Shown: in pieces, positions 1 to 9,401 of the stretch
How positions within the stretch are numbered: the stretch's first letter is position 1
How the letters are laid out: each line of letters begins with the position of its first letter
Virus record (IMG/VR): IMGVR_UViG_3300025132_000054
Location: 1 to 51,192 of that record
Strand: one strand, 5' to 3'
Length of the DNA: 51,192 nucleotides
Source of the DNA: a virus
Taxonomy: Duplodnaviria; Caudoviricetes
Notes under the pieces: model-generated
Told to the model about the DNA's origin: nothing
Databases searched by the model: none
What the model saw: the letters and a program-made list of their open reading frames with translations, nothing else
Translations under genes and position numbers: made by a program

Positions 1-51
1 GTAGTCAACCTCGTAGCTATTTCTAGACGGCCTGATTCGTGTGACGCCCAT
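1..51 (-). CDS. 5' part of a CDS running off the left edge (MGVTRIRPSRNSYEVDY...)
   Basis: ATG at 51-49, preceded by a G-rich SD-like run (AGGGGG) just after the previous stop; open to position 1. Confidence 0.5.
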   Translation of the reverse strand, partial: MGVTRIRPSRNSYEVDY

Positions 52-61
52 CTAGGCCCCC

Positions 62-520
62 TTATGGCTCTTTCGACCAGACGCCTTCACCAGAGAAAAG
101 AATCGCCCCGTCAGTAGAGGTCGCGCCTGACCCGGTTGTAGCAACAGTTCCGACGACTCGCTTGTTGCCAGCCGTGGTTGTCCAGCCTCCTGCCGCACCA
201 AGGTATATAATACTGCCGTTCAAGCCGTTCGCGCCATTGATTGCTGCGTCGTTTAGGCCCGTTACAAGCTTCCAAGGAAGAACCACACCGTAGCCATTCG
301 CAGGGATCTCGTGCTTTGTCATGTGCAGGCGACCTTTGAGGCTTGCGGCTGTGCCGTTGTCAGCAAGCGTAACCTTAATAAAGAGACCATCGTGTCCCGA
401 GGCGTACACAATCTTGTTGGCTGCAATAGCCGTGCCTGTGTCGTTGAGGACTTTGATGCCTTCTGCGTAGTTGAAGTCGCGGCCTGCTTTGATGAGGCGC
501 TGCTTGAGATTGCCAGCCAT
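62..520 (-). CDS. virion structural protein, capsid decoration/cement-like
   Basis: 152 aa, G/A/T-rich beta-type sequence ('IYLGAAGGWTTTAG..RVVGTV'); GGAG RBS; late-strand context. Confidence 0.55.
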   Translation of the reverse strand: MAGNLKQRLIKAGRDFNYAEGIKVLNDTGTAIAANKIVYASGHDGLFIKVTLADNGTAASLKGRLHMTKHEIPANGYGVVLPWKLVTGLNDAAINGANGLNGSIIYLGAAGGWTTTAGNKRVVGTVATTGSGATSTDGAILFSGEGVWSKEP

Positions 521-570
521 TTAGTGTCTCCTATAGACTATCCAAAGCGGATGTTACTTTTATAAAGTGC

Positions 571-876
571 CTACGGCACTGTGTCAATAGTTTGCGCGGC
601 AAGAGCGGGATTAAGAGACGCGCTTGCCAGCATCATAGTGTCGTGCCCCAGCAAACCTCCGAGGAGGATAAGTCCGAGCACAATCGTCTGGGGATTCTTC
701 ACAGCGGTGCCCCAGTCGAACTGATTGCGTTTCGCCATCTCAGTAATCTGGGCCTCGATCCTGTCTAATGTGCGAACGGAGTGCTTCTGCTCGTTCTGCA
801 CAATGGCCAACGTCTCACGGATTCCTCCGACCTGGTCTTCAAGAATCGTTACGCGCTGGTCCAAGTTCGACATCAT
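571..876 (-). CDS. small coiled-coil plus membrane protein (holin/lysis-associated candidate)
   Basis: N-terminal heptad coiled coil, then a hydrophobic segment (IVLGLILLGGLLG); ATGA overlap with the upstream gene. Confidence 0.45.
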   Translation of the reverse strand: MMSNLDQRVTILEDQVGGIRETLAIVQNEQKHSVRTLDRIEAQITEMAKRNQFDWGTAVKNPQTIVLGLILLGGLLGHDTMMLASASLNPALAAQTIDTVP

Positions 877-3800
877 TCTTCCTCAGCTCTTTTTTCTTGC
901 TCTAAAGTTTCCAGCCGGTCGCTTTTGCCTCTCAAGAGCCGCATTCGTTTGTCATGAAATCTTTTAACCGACTGAACAGTTGCTGAAATGTTTTTCGTTG
1001 AGTTAAACATGTGGATCTTCATCTCGCGAGTAAACATTTCCGCCGCTGCTAGGCGTATTCCGAGAGGACCGAGGTCTTCATATTTGTTGAACTCAAACTT
1101 TTTAATCTTACCGCCGCTCAACTCATCAATAAGAGGGTCTAAGTCTGGTATTCGCAGGGGAAACTGCGGCAAGTATACCTTCATCTGGACCCTGACTTCA
1201 TCTGGCACGGCCTCTCCGATGTCGCCCATGACTGTGGTCGCGAGCAGCCGAATGAAGTTTGGTTCGTCTCCGAGGTAAGTCATGGGGTCGAAGATCCCCG
1301 AGACTGCTAGCGGGTTTCGAGTAACATACTGTCCGTTGATAACCTCGATGTCTAGGTTGTCTTCAAGACCAAAATACTCAATGTTTTCGTAGGCGCGTTG
1401 GCTTATCTTCTTGTAGTCGGCACTGTACCCAGGGCCTATGTCTACAAGTTTGCGGACAAAGTCATTAAGAATAGCTTCCTGCGCGGGGTACAGTTGCTGC
1501 AAAAATGCCTCTGTACTGGCCTTCATTGACTTCAAGCCATCAAAGCCTAGGTCGCTGAAGAACAGAGACGCGACTCCTGCGATAGACATCTTCTGTATCT
1601 CTGCAAACGTATTCAATGTCTGAAGCACACCAAGGGGAGCGCCTGATGTGAGGACGTAACTGGTCGCCAAACTGCCTGTGTCCCGGAGATCTTCTTGAAC
1701 CTCTAAGGGCAACGCTCCTTTTTGAACAATCATCGAATCTAATAGGTAGTCGTATGGGCGAAAAATGTTTTCCCTGGTTTCGAGCTTTTTGTCCAGCACG
1801 CCCTCAATGTCTGAAAAGTCATCGCTTCCAACGCCTTGGTCTATATCACTGATGTCAACGTCAGAGCGCCTGTTCTGTATCTGGGTCATTCTGTACAAAG
1901 CACGCGCCCGCTTATAGCGTCTTCCAATCACCAGTTTGTTCATAAACCAGCGCCGCGTCTTGCTGCTGACGCTCATTACATCGGCAGCGGTGGTCAACGT
2001 CTGATTCTTTGAGTAAGTGTAGAACGTGGCATACTTGGCAATAGTCGCTGCTTCAAGCGGGCTGACGCTAAGAGTATAGTCAAAAATAGTTCGGTTCATA
2101 GCCTTAGTGGCTTCGCTTACTGACATGCCTTGGTTGACGATTAAGTCAGAGAACACCAACATCTTTGTTCGATGCGTGCCTACAGCATTGGCGTCTCTGA
2201 AGATTGCAAGCCATCTAGCATAAGGAGAAACAAACGCCTCGCCTGCTTGCTTTGTTTCTTTCACAATCGATCGTGTGCCAGCAGGATTCTCTCTGAACTC
2301 TCGATCAGCGGCAACCCGCAAAGAGTCCGACCCTTCTGTTCTTAGAATATCCTCGAAGACGCCTGCGCGAGTTGCGTCACGCTTAAAGTCTCGAGGGTTC
2401 AACTCAATCGGGTCTCCGTTGGCTTTGTAATAAGTTCGGGTTTCGTTTACGCCCTCAAGGACATCGTCCAAAAACTCGCTCATGTTTCCGCTTAGGATGC
2501 TCGGGCCTGGTACACCCAGACCGCCAAGCGCCTCGGTCCCTGCCGCGATCATACGCCGCGTGCCGTCTTGAAATGCAGGTCCAACTATAGGTACATAGCC
2601 AAGCAGTCCGATGCTTTTAATCTGCAGCGCCTTAGAGTATCCGAGCTCAATGGCAATCTTTTCAAAATCTCCATCAGCATTTCCGAAGAAAAATCTAAAC
2701 GCCTTTACTCCCGTTATTCCAAACAGCGTTTTGTTTTTCCACCAGTTGACCAGCCTACTGGGAACTCGGGTAGACTGCTCTACAAGGTGATTTCCAGCTT
2801 TGGCGCTACTTAGTGTGACATTCAAATCCTTCATTAGATTCTTTGTCTCGTAAGAGAAAGCGCCCCAGTCGATTTTAGGAATAATGTTTGGATTGCCGTT
2901 CTCATCGTATGAGTGCAGAATAAAACGAACGTAGTTGTCTCTCAAACCGTTCCATCTTTGGATAAAATCTGTATCCTTCACGACGCCCACATTCCGAGCG
3001 AGGTCCAAACCGTAAGCCATGTAGCCATCAACTAGGTCATAGCTTGCAAACTCCCCGCCCATGCGTGTCAGATTTTTAAGGGGCACTGTAGTGGTATCGC
3101 CCGCGTTGTCTATCAGCGTGACAATGCCGGTTTCAGATACTTTGCCCACTTCGTAAGTTTTCGGGGCCGCAATGTCGGATTCTAGTACAGAAGTAAACGG
3201 CTCCGGGCCTCTGCGTTTTGCGTCTAAGTCATCAAACTTTACGCGCTTGCCCTTACCTTTTGTGTCCGAAGGCTTGCGGGTTAAGATTTTTCGCAGGGGA
3301 TCGATGTCAGAGCGCAATGCGACTCGGTCACCTACCTCGATTGTTTCCCGTAGAGGTAGCGTAGTTTTGTACAGACTTGATTCGTCTGCACCACTAATCA
3401 TAAGTTCCAAAGCCCTAAGATTTCGGATGCCTAAGTTTCCAGAGGTCAAGTTGGAAACGTCTTTGACAAAGCCCCGCTCCATCGCCCCAGTGATCACGTT
3501 CTTAAATACAAGCCGGAAGCTACGTCCTGGCATTAGGAACGGGTCGGTATCTTTCCCCACGACTTTTGGAATCCTCGCTTCCTTGATCGAGTTCAGATTG
3601 ATTCTATCAATCTCCGACATCACACCCTTGCTGAGTTCAGACATGCGTTTTGACGGGTCGGGGATCAACTTTATACGCTCGGCGTTCGACAGAGTCTGCC
3701 CTTCAGGTGTTCTGTTTAACCATCTACCAAACGCTACGATTGCATCTTTGGCTTTCTTTTGGCCCCGCTGCCCGATGTTATCCCCAACGTGAGCAAGGAC

Positions 3801-6800
3801 AAAACCTTGGAGGCTGTTCGATTTTTCAAGGAAATGCTCAGTTAAGTCATCGCCTTTGGTCCTAACAAATGTTCGGCCTATTGAAGCCCAGTTATCAATC
3901 GCAAGGTTCAAAATATTGTCTGTGGCGCTGCCCCCAATCTGATTGCCCGAGACTTCGATGTTGGAACGAGTGCCCCCGAGCTCGATTCGATTCTGCGTCC
4001 CGATGTACTCAACAGCACGGGCTTTTGCAACAGAGGTTGCCTTGCCTGCGTCCTCGACTACTTGGCCCGAAAAATGCGCCAAGATGGCATCCGTATCGCT
4101 GAACCACTTTTTAATCTCTCTAGAGTTCGCGTTGGCCGCTTCTTGATACGCCTCAGCAAACTTGCTGCCCAGGACTCCCACCCGCGTGGTTGCAATGCCA
4201 GATCGATCGATCGCGTCCGCCGCTGCTATTAGTTGCGCTTGGCCAATGTACAGAGCGTCAGAGTAAAACTTTGGGCTGGCGAATCTAGTCCAGAGGACGC
4301 CGTGCTTGTTTCTCAGCCTAGTAATCGTGTTGCCTATATTCTCGTAGCCTCTAAGGGTTTCTTGGCCGATGGCTGCATACCCCAAGAACGATAACACCAA
4401 CCGCTTAGAGCCTTCCCCTCCGGTCTGCGCAATCACCTTCATCTTTGATTCGCCCGCAGCCAAGCGGTTTTGTACTTCAAAGTATTTATCGGTAATCGAT
4501 GCTACTTCTTCCGGCGCGTCCTCCATAACCTTGAGGGTTGTGGTGCCCTCGGGGGTATAGAAGCGGCTGTTGATAAAGGCTTGGCCCTCTTTTGATGCGG
4601 CGACTTCTGCCGCAGAGCGGAACATTCTGCTGACTCTCTTTACTTCCTCTAAAGAGTTCTGTTGATTGTTCCACAGGCCTGGTATTTTTTCGGTGCTCGG
4701 TGTATTGGCTAGCTTTTCGTGCGCCCGTTCGGTCAGCTCAAGCTGCTTTTCAATCTCGGCCACCTTGTCAGTCGCTTCGCCGTAGGCTTTTTCAGCTTTC
4801 GCTACCTGCTCTACCGCAAGTTCTACCAAATCATCGTAGCCCTTACCGCCATCTGCGGCGGCAGATACGATTCGCCCGAGGGCCGCGCTATCCGCCTTCC
4901 ACCCTGCCTCGCCTACGGTTTTACGCAGCTTCTCTACCGTCTCGGCCTGGTCTGCAAGCATCTGCTGGATTCTTGGTGAGGTCGCCCTAGCATCCGCCTC
5001 CTCGCTGGTCTTGACGAGGATGGTCTTGATTCTCTCACGCACGTCGGCTGACGCCTGCCGCTTCTGCGCAGGGCTGAGGTCTCCGGCCTCGATGTCGTCG
5101 AGAGACTTTTGCAGAGAAACGAGCTCGCGGTTGCGTGCCTCTAGGTCTTCAAATCGGTCAGCTTTTTCTTTCTTTGTTCGGGGAGTACCGTCAGCAGGTT
5201 TCTTTTTAACTTTTGGTTTTTCAGAAATCAGACGCGCTTCGGCGGATAGTCTATTTTGGGGGTAAGCTTGGGCCTCAAACTCTAAGCGCAACTGACGCGC
5301 CGCGCTTGTTTCATCTAACTGGCCCAGTATCTTGGACTGCTCTTGGTAAGGAAGCGCGTTGTACTCATCAGCGGTCAGGCCTAAATCTTTCAAAGTTTTT
5401 GGTTGCTCAAGATCTAAGCCAAGTTTTTTTGCTGTAGCAGCCTTTTCTAAAGGAGACAGTGCCTCAAACTCATCAACAGTCATGCCTAGATCTGCCAAAG
5501 TTGTAGGAGTCTGCGTCTTTGCTTTTGGTTTTGCTTTTGGTTTTTTGGGGGCAGCGGTCGTAGGTGTGGATAGCTGCTCCATCTGCTTGTTGACCGCAGC
5601 CTCGCGAACAGCCAAATCAATCTGGGTTTTGCGTACATCAAGTTCTGCAGATAGCTTGTCAACCTCAGCGGCTCTCTTCTCCAGCGAGGCTTTGACCACC
5701 TTAGTAGATTTTATCTTTTGTTCGGCAGCGGTCTGAGCGCCCTTGGCGGCGTCTATCTCCTCATCTAAAACTTTTGACGCATATTCAAATGCGTTCTCGG
5801 CTTGCCGCAACGCTTCCTGTTCCCCCGCAACTACCTTTGCGACCTCTTTCGCCCCTTTTGCGTTTGCGTTAAATGCGGCTTGCCTTGCGATTATCTGTTG
5901 AGCAATGCCAGCCGCACCGCTCACATCACTCTTGACTGCCGCCTCTACCGCCGCTTCAAGTTCGTCTGCAGTTTTTGCTGCTTGAATCGCATCGTCAACA
6001 AGTGCCGCGCCTCTGCGAATAGTCTTGTATGTTTTGGCCCCTTTGCCTATTAAGGACGCGGTCTTTCCAGCAGCAAACCCTGCGACACCGCCGGTAGCAG
6101 CAGCGGTCGCCTGTAGCGCATCAGGCTCGATAAGCATCCAGAACAGCCGAGGAGCGCCTGCAAGCGTGTTGGCTAAGACGGGGAAGTTTTCGTGAAGGTC
6201 TGGGTATGTAAGCCTGCCCGCCTTCATGAGCATGTTGCCTGCTGGGTCGTAACTAGACGCAATCGCCATAGTCATTCTGTCAGGGTCGTGGGAGATTTCA
6301 AAAATCTTTTGAAGAATAAACTCTCGCCTTCCCTCTTTTGGGTCCAAGATAAGTTTACCGTCCTTGTCTTTGCGGCCTCTGGCTTGATTGAGTGCAAGCC
6401 ATTCTTTATAAGCCTGCCATTCGGCAGCGGCCATAACGGTGCTTGGGGCGATTCGGATCATGTCATCTAGAGCACGGGTCGCGCCATACTCTGAAATCTC
6501 GACTCCGCCTAGTCCTTCCGCTAAGAACTCAAGACCGCCCTCCTCCGCGAGGTTTTTTTTGAACTCCTCTGGCCCCTCGATTGTACCTGCAATCGCTCTG
6601 GTTGGGAGTGTTAAAGCGCCGATTTCCCTAGCAACGGGCACTCGACCAATGCCGCCGTAAATGTCTCCCTCGAGGTAGTCCTCGATAGAGTCGCTTGTCT
6701 TGCTGTAAAGGTATGTCCCTTCGAGCTGCGCTCGTAGATGATTAATCTCTTCTTGGCCACTACGCCTTTGCTCAGTTCGGACGTATTTTTGGACCGCATC

Positions 6801-7775
6801 TCCGTAGGCCTCTGCGTCAGTATAGCCTTCTAATGGGACACCTAGTTCACGATTTCCGTCGTTAAAAGCCTGTATTGCGTCACGGCGAACCTGCAGTATA
6901 TCGCGGCCTCCGGTTATCTGCATAAGGGAGTTGGTCTCCGCGACCTCACGAACGTCCTTTAGACTGATGCTGTTCTTTGCGCGATAGCCACGCCCCTGTG
7001 TTGGGTCTTCAAAAAGAGGTACGATAACAAAAGGTAGTCCCGTCTTTTCAACATCTGGGCCTGGCGTGTATAAGCTCCGAATGTCTTGATCTGTGGGAGC
7101 GAGCTCTAATCGGTTTCGATTCTGTTCTGTATCTAGCAGCCCTGAAGTTATGCCCTGCCAATCATCGGGATTTAAGTTCGCCAGCAAGAGGGTCTTTTCC
7201 GGCCCTTCAGGCAATCGATCCGCCAACCGTTTATCAAAGTCTGTGCCAGTGACGGGCACAGAAACAGCCTTGCCCGTTTGTGTATTAAAACCAACGGCAA
7301 TAAAAAGAGGTTTTACCGTTTTAGCGTCTTCACTCACGGCGTTAAATGCGTCAATATCTAGGGTCGAGTCGGCCTTGTAGTTGTCGAGAACGTCTCGCTG
7401 AGTTTTATACACACCTTTGTTGACTCGGGTGTACGCTGTATTCCAAGCCTGTGTGAATGCTGACTCAGGAATATCAGGGTACTGGCTCATCGCGGTCTTT
7501 TTGGCCCGGTCGATGTAGTTTAAGGTCTTTATCTTCTGCTTACGCTCAAGGCGAGGCCCCATGTTTTCCGGGAGGTCTTCCTCGGTTAAGACGCCACCGC
7601 CGGTAGGCATGAACACCGCGTCTCCCAGATTCTTTTTATCTTCTTCTTCTAATGCCTCATACAGGGCATTCGCGGCAAGTATTTCAGCAGGAACTTCGGG
7701 CAGTGTTGCAATAAACTCATCCTCTAGAGGAAGGTCTTTTTCCGGCACCGTTTGTGGGTCAGGCGGAGTAGCCAT
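873..7775 (-). CDS. very large internal virion/ejection protein
   Basis: 2300 aa, Ala/Glu/Lys-rich helical; follows the tail genes; C-terminal 'AMNRTIFDYT..SPLE..FYTY' resembles large phage ejected proteins. Confidence 0.6.
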   Translation of the reverse strand: MATPPDPQTVPEKDLPLEDEFIATLPEVPAEILAANALYEALEEEDKKNLGDAVFMPTGGGVLTEEDLPENMGPRLERKQKIKTLNYIDRAKKTAMSQYPDIPESAFTQAWNTAYTRVNKGVYKTQRDVLDNYKADSTLDIDAFNAVSEDAKTVKPLFIAVGFNTQTGKAVSVPVTGTDFDKRLADRLPEGPEKTLLLANLNPDDWQGITSGLLDTEQNRNRLELAPTDQDIRSLYTPGPDVEKTGLPFVIVPLFEDPTQGRGYRAKNSISLKDVREVAETNSLMQITGGRDILQVRRDAIQAFNDGNRELGVPLEGYTDAEAYGDAVQKYVRTEQRRSGQEEINHLRAQLEGTYLYSKTSDSIEDYLEGDIYGGIGRVPVAREIGALTLPTRAIAGTIEGPEEFKKNLAEEGGLEFLAEGLGGVEISEYGATRALDDMIRIAPSTVMAAAEWQAYKEWLALNQARGRKDKDGKLILDPKEGRREFILQKIFEISHDPDRMTMAIASSYDPAGNMLMKAGRLTYPDLHENFPVLANTLAGAPRLFWMLIEPDALQATAAATGGVAGFAAGKTASLIGKGAKTYKTIRRGAALVDDAIQAAKTADELEAAVEAAVKSDVSGAAGIAQQIIARQAAFNANAKGAKEVAKVVAGEQEALRQAENAFEYASKVLDEEIDAAKGAQTAAEQKIKSTKVVKASLEKRAAEVDKLSAELDVRKTQIDLAVREAAVNKQMEQLSTPTTAAPKKPKAKPKAKTQTPTTLADLGMTVDEFEALSPLEKAATAKKLGLDLEQPKTLKDLGLTADEYNALPYQEQSKILGQLDETSAARQLRLEFEAQAYPQNRLSAEARLISEKPKVKKKPADGTPRTKKEKADRFEDLEARNRELVSLQKSLDDIEAGDLSPAQKRQASADVRERIKTILVKTSEEADARATSPRIQQMLADQAETVEKLRKTVGEAGWKADSAALGRIVSAAADGGKGYDDLVELAVEQVAKAEKAYGEATDKVAEIEKQLELTERAHEKLANTPSTEKIPGLWNNQQNSLEEVKRVSRMFRSAAEVAASKEGQAFINSRFYTPEGTTTLKVMEDAPEEVASITDKYFEVQNRLAAGESKMKVIAQTGGEGSKRLVLSFLGYAAIGQETLRGYENIGNTITRLRNKHGVLWTRFASPKFYSDALYIGQAQLIAAADAIDRSGIATTRVGVLGSKFAEAYQEAANANSREIKKWFSDTDAILAHFSGQVVEDAGKATSVAKARAVEYIGTQNRIELGGTRSNIEVSGNQIGGSATDNILNLAIDNWASIGRTFVRTKGDDLTEHFLEKSNSLQGFVLAHVGDNIGQRGQKKAKDAIVAFGRWLNRTPEGQTLSNAERIKLIPDPSKRMSELSKGVMSEIDRINLNSIKEARIPKVVGKDTDPFLMPGRSFRLVFKNVITGAMERGFVKDVSNLTSGNLGIRNLRALELMISGADESSLYKTTLPLRETIEVGDRVALRSDIDPLRKILTRKPSDTKGKGKRVKFDDLDAKRRGPEPFTSVLESDIAAPKTYEVGKVSETGIVTLIDNAGDTTTVPLKNLTRMGGEFASYDLVDGYMAYGLDLARNVGVVKDTDFIQRWNGLRDNYVRFILHSYDENGNPNIIPKIDWGAFSYETKNLMKDLNVTLSSAKAGNHLVEQSTRVPSRLVNWWKNKTLFGITGVKAFRFFFGNADGDFEKIAIELGYSKALQIKSIGLLGYVPIVGPAFQDGTRRMIAAGTEALGGLGVPGPSILSGNMSEFLDDVLEGVNETRTYYKANGDPIELNPRDFKRDATRAGVFEDILRTEGSDSLRVAADREFRENPAGTRSIVKETKQAGEAFVSPYARWLAIFRDANAVGTHRTKMLVFSDLIVNQGMSVSEATKAMNRTIFDYTLSVSPLEAATIAKYATFYTYSKNQTLTTAADVMSVSSKTRRWFMNKLVIGRRYKRARALYRMTQIQNRRSDVDISDIDQGVGSDDFSDIEGVLDKKLETRENIFRPYDYLLDSMIVQKGALPLEVQEDLRDTGSLATSYVLTSGAPLGVLQTLNTFAEIQKMSIAGVASLFFSDLGFDGLKSMKASTEAFLQQLYPAQEAILNDFVRKLVDIGPGYSADYKKISQRAYENIEYFGLEDNLDIEVINGQYVTRNPLAVSGIFDPMTYLGDEPNFIRLLATTVMGDIGEAVPDEVRVQMKVYLPQFPLRIPDLDPLIDELSGGKIKKFEFNKYEDLGPLGIRLAAAEMFTREMKIHMFNSTKNISATVQSVKRFHDKRMRLLRGKSDRLETLEQEKRAEEE

Positions 7776-7783
7776 AAGAGCAC

Positions 7784-8632
7784 CTAGCTTACTTTAGTGT
7801 GGATTGGAATCGCGGTAAGGTTTGCCTTAGAGTAGTACAGTTTTTGTATAGCAACAACAGGCCCGCCGCCTATCCCGTAGTAATCGGCTGGCTGGTTAAA
7901 TCTAAACTGAATCTCAGCTATTTTGCGGCCAGCAGGCAAGTCTGACGGGAGAATAACGCATCGGATAGATACATCTTGAAATGTCTGAACATCACCTCTG
8001 TGTGGTCGGTGTATGCTTCCACTGTCAGGATGCTTTGTGTTGAGGCCTGTGTAACGTGGTTCTTCTTTTTTGGAGATCGTTACTCGGGGAGACAAAGACC
8101 TAGAAGATCTATCAATATCGTGCGGCTCACCAGCGTCGTCCACAATCGTCAGCTTGAAGTTAACAAAGACAACATCCTCGTTTGGCGCGTACTTGCTAGC
8201 GTTATCTCCACCGCTTGGCTCCTCGCCACCCCACTGACAAAAAATACGCTCAACAAAAACATTTGCCAAAACAAGTACGGCCCCAATGTTTTGTTTGCCC
8301 ACCTGCATATCTAGTTCATATCGGCCTGACTCCGGGTAAACTATTGATTCGATAAGCTGATTTGACTCACCGGCTGTAGGTTGGAGGGCGTCTAGGTTGC
8401 GAAAAGCAACGTCTAGTTCACTCGTAAAACGATTTTTAGGGAGTATCCCCGTTAAGTTTGAGCTGTGAATCATGCGGGGAACCAAGTTGCTTCTAAAGCA
8501 GCCAAGAGAAAGCGAGCTTAAATCAATGGCGTTTAGCCCCCTGTTTGCCCCCGCCACATCTTCCAGCCGGAGGGACAGTTCGCCCGACGAATAAGCCGTA
8601 TTGGTTTCCAAATAAGTGTACTTGTCAGACAT
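7784..8632 (-). CDS. putative virion (tail) protein
   Basis: 282 aa; coupled to the upstream gene; structural operon. Confidence 0.5.
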   Translation of the reverse strand: MSDKYTYLETNTAYSSGELSLRLEDVAGANRGLNAIDLSSLSLGCFRSNLVPRMIHSSNLTGILPKNRFTSELDVAFRNLDALQPTAGESNQLIESIVYPESGRYELDMQVGKQNIGAVLVLANVFVERIFCQWGGEEPSGGDNASKYAPNEDVVFVNFKLTIVDDAGEPHDIDRSSRSLSPRVTISKKEEPRYTGLNTKHPDSGSIHRPHRGDVQTFQDVSIRCVILPSDLPAGRKIAEIQFRFNQPADYYGIGGGPVVAIQKLYYSKANLTAIPIHTKVS

Positions 8633-9399
8633 CAGCGCCTCATCTCCAACACAAACAGTTCGCGACTTGCGATGAAGCAGTCGTTCTCTGAATCCGCATC
8701 TCCAGAAGCGCCCGTGCCCCTAGACCAGTTGTGGCCTTGGATGCTCTTGACGCATATCTCAACGACATGCTCACCTGGCGGCAAATCAACCACCGCGTCC
8801 ACAGTTACCGGGAGACGGGCACCGCAAATACCGCCGCCGCCGTAAGCAGTACACTGGGTTGCCTTGTCCACGCCAGTCTTCCGCATGCCCGCTCTGTTTT
8901 CAAAGCCGCGATAAAACTCGCCCTGTGGGTCGCCAGAGCCTAGAAGCGCATCATGAATAACGACACCATCTAACTTCAGAGCGACTAAAAACCCGAAGCC
9001 TTTTTGCGTTTTCTCGAGGGGCGTCAGCCTCCCAATAGCTGTTGCGATAATCTGAAAAGAGGCGCACAACCACGCGGTGGAGCCTCGCGACACAAAGGAA
9101 AGCCGAGCGCCATTCTCCTCATACGATTGCCAAGTATCCACGGGCTTGATTTTAAGCCAATCGGATTGAGCAGGGAGTTCATTGCTCGTTGCTTTCGATG
9201 TTGTAAGAACCCGGAATACTGCACCAGTCTTCATGTTGTCGCGAGTTAGGAGGCCACCAGGGTCTTCCTCTGCGTTAAAGTTGTGCTCGTTAAGACCGCC
9301 GCAAACCTCGTTCGCAACGCCAAGAAGATTGTCATTGATTGGATCGATGTCAACAACGTAGCCGCTCTTGATGTCAAACTGCGGGTATTTCCATGCCAT
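8632..9399 (-). CDS. putative virion (tail) protein
   Basis: 255 aa directly after the tail tubular-like gene; beta-rich C-terminus. Confidence 0.5.
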   Translation of the reverse strand: MAWKYPQFDIKSGYVVDIDPINDNLLGVANEVCGGLNEHNFNAEEDPGGLLTRDNMKTGAVFRVLTTSKATSNELPAQSDWLKIKPVDTWQSYEENGARLSFVSRGSTAWLCASFQIIATAIGRLTPLEKTQKGFGFLVALKLDGVVIHDALLGSGDPQGEFYRGFENRAGMRKTGVDKATQCTAYGGGGICGARLPVTVDAVVDLPPGEHVVEICVKSIQGHNWSRGTGASGDADSENDCFIASRELFVLEMRR

Positions 9400-9401
9400 G
9401 T

